64,000 bases of DNA from assembly GCA_963924565.1 (NCBI GenBank), contig OZ004610.1, positions 6,324,001 to 6,388,000 on the forward strand, given 5' to 3'. Shown here piece by piece: positions 63,559 to 64,000 of the stretch. The notes beneath the pieces were generated by a model. That model searched no databases. It was not told the DNA's origin and was given only the letters and a program-made list of their open reading frames with translations. A program made the position numbers and the translations under genes. Positions within the stretch are counted from its first letter, which is position 1; every line of letters starts with the position of its first letter. This DNA is from Ascidiella aspersa (lineage: Eukaryota).

Positions 63559-64000
63559 GTGAGTTTATTTGGAAAAAAAAGGTAGAATTAATTTAGGTTG
63601 AGTTGAACGAAAGGTTGAATTGCTGCGCTAGAGATATGGAAGGTTCTGGAATCTCCGCAAAGGTTTGATCTGGTATAAAAGCTGAGAGGATCTAAAGTGA
63701 TCGGGCACAACGCGGCTTATTCAGCTAGCTAATTTCGAAAAATTTAACGGTTTAAATGAGTATTGTTGTAATAACAAGGTACATTTCAAAATAAAACATT
63801 GTTTTTCAATTAAGTTTCTATGGAAATCGGTATTAAATGGGTAAAAAAGTAAAAAAAGGTTAAAAAGTTGACGAGGTCGAACAGGTTTGATTTCTTTTTT
63901 AAGTTTTGTGTTGTTGTTGCTGTAATTTTGTAGTCCGTATTACTTTTTCAAGCGTTTGTTTAATAGCCGGGAAGGTGTATTAACTGTCGCGTGTTCCAAA

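Noticed and set aside
63559-64000. Giant ankyrin exon or death domain
   Set aside because: Would lie downstream of UPA, beyond the window; cannot be assessed
1-64000. CRISPR arrays, operons or other prokaryotic systems
   Set aside because: Sequence is a spliceosomal-intron eukaryotic locus with no repeat-spacer arrays

Overview
Eukaryotic (AT-rich, GT-AG intron) window almost entirely occupied by the 5' two-thirds of one + strand canonical ankyrin gene (ANK1/2/3 family). I traced a frame-consistent exon chain from 30832 to 63558. It encodes all 24 ANK repeats, the linker, ZU5-ZU5 (with the spectrin-binding DAR motif) and part of UPA, and the gene runs off the right edge. Chordate-type exon architecture with a fairly divergent protein suggests an invertebrate chordate, probably a tunicate (inference only). 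The first 30 kb holds at least five candidate alternative first coding exons, all ending in phase-0 donors, including a Cys-rich one. Hidden small exons include a 24-nt microexon (MMVNRTTE, matching the vertebrate ANK2 microexon as I recall it) and a 99-nt duplicated-ZU5 cassette exon. Introns contain hAT-type MITEs with 8-bp TSDs (one nested), Penelope-like fold-back insertions with degenerate hammerhead cores and variable TSDs (one duplicating a splice donor), a captured RPL6 fragment and many short tandem duplications. All splicing is predicted from sequence, with no transcript evidence. Vertebrate comparisons are from memory and need database checking.
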